The position numbers were made by a program, and so were the translations under genes. DNA of 63,185 nt, the filler included, from Dugesia japonica (Eukaryota): assembly GCA_001938525.1 (NCBI GenBank). It is 3 parts of 3 records of this genome, joined end to end, with 100 filler letters (N's around TTAATTAATTAA, not from the genome) between each part and the next. Parts side by side here need not be neighbours in the genome. Positions count along the whole stretch, not along the records: positions 46,175 to 63,185 come from MQRL01610465.1; 2 more parts are not named here. One strand, written 5' to 3'. Numbering within the stretch: position 1 is the first letter of the stretch; every line of letters starts with the position of its first letter. This document shows, piece by piece, positions 62,490-63,185 of this stretch. Below the pieces are notes generated by a model. That model worked only from the letters and a program-made list of their open reading frames with translations, had not been told where the DNA came from and ran no database searches.

Positions 62490-63173
62490 TTATTTTAATT
62501 TCAACTTTTCCAAAGTTTCTTTTAAAGTTTTTATATTTAATAAAAATTCTTGATCCAACATGGGGGCCGTAGGCCCCTTGGTTGGCTCAACTATTTTTAT
62601 TTTATTTAAAGACTGTTTCGCAGTCGTTATAATTTCTTTACTAATTTTAATTTCTTCATTAGTTAGTACATTGTTATCTAAAACTTTACAATGAAATGTA
62701 AATAGTTTATTTTTAGTTTCTTCCAAGAGTTTAATAATTTCTGTATATTTTTCAATTCGCTTTTTAATCATACCTACACGTAATTAACCATGTCCTACAG
62801 AATAAATTATTGATATACTTGTTATTATACTTGTAGCCAAAATAGGTACTGTAAAACCTAGGCAAGACAATAAAATAATTGTTCCTGAACCAATTCCTAT
62901 TATTGTGGATAACCCCAAATTTGAAAATCTAATACCATTATCAAACCTTGGCCATCTTTTTAATAATTTATTATAATATATATAAAAATTTTCTTGTACC
63001 CATGATAAATCATTTTCAAAGTCAATCAAACGTGTCTTGTTTAATTTTAATTTCATATTTAATATCAAATCTTTTATAGTGTAGTGGGCGCCCGAAGGAT
63101 GCCCCAAAGGCTCTGTTGGGATTTTAGGCTTTAATTGATTTACTGCATCATTACCACCGCCTTTATTTTGCAT
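62490..63173 (-). pseudogene. Homologue of the 35959-36563 membrane protein in the second Polinton
   Basis: RLIDFENDL...KRW..FDNGI, hydrophobic helices, KNKLFTF...DNNVLTNEEIKISK; in-frame stop between the two ORFs. Confidence 0.75.
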
Positions 63174-63185
63174 TCCAATATTATT

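Overview
AT-rich, transposon-dense eukaryotic DNA with GT-AG introns, probably an invertebrate; the host cannot be fixed from sequence alone. The window is three unrelated contigs joined by artificial 100-bp N44-TTAATTAATTAA-N44 spacers (28060-28159, 46075-46174). Contig 1 holds a three-exon protein phosphatase 1 catalytic subunit gene whose 7.2-kb intron contains mariner and hAT relics. It also holds a scrambled short-LTR Ty3/gypsy element inserted into a decayed Polinton major capsid gene, and a 755-bp non-autonomous element with AGTAGT termini and a 6-bp TSD. Contig 2 (28160-46074) is almost entirely one near-complete ~18-kb Polinton/Maverick (adintovirus-like) genome. It encodes a protein-primed PolB with one premature stop, major and minor capsid proteins, a packaging ATPase, an adenain protease, a pX/cupiennin-like peptide precursor, a fibre-like protein with three tandem domains, and a membrane protein. 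Its most striking gene is an rve integrase fused in-frame behind a parvovirus-VP1u-type phospholipase A2 domain. Contig 3 has mariner and hAT relics, a RING pseudogene, a second AGTAGT mini-element, and a decayed second Polinton with a different gene order and a long palindrome after polB. All assignments are from motifs read by eye; no database search was run.
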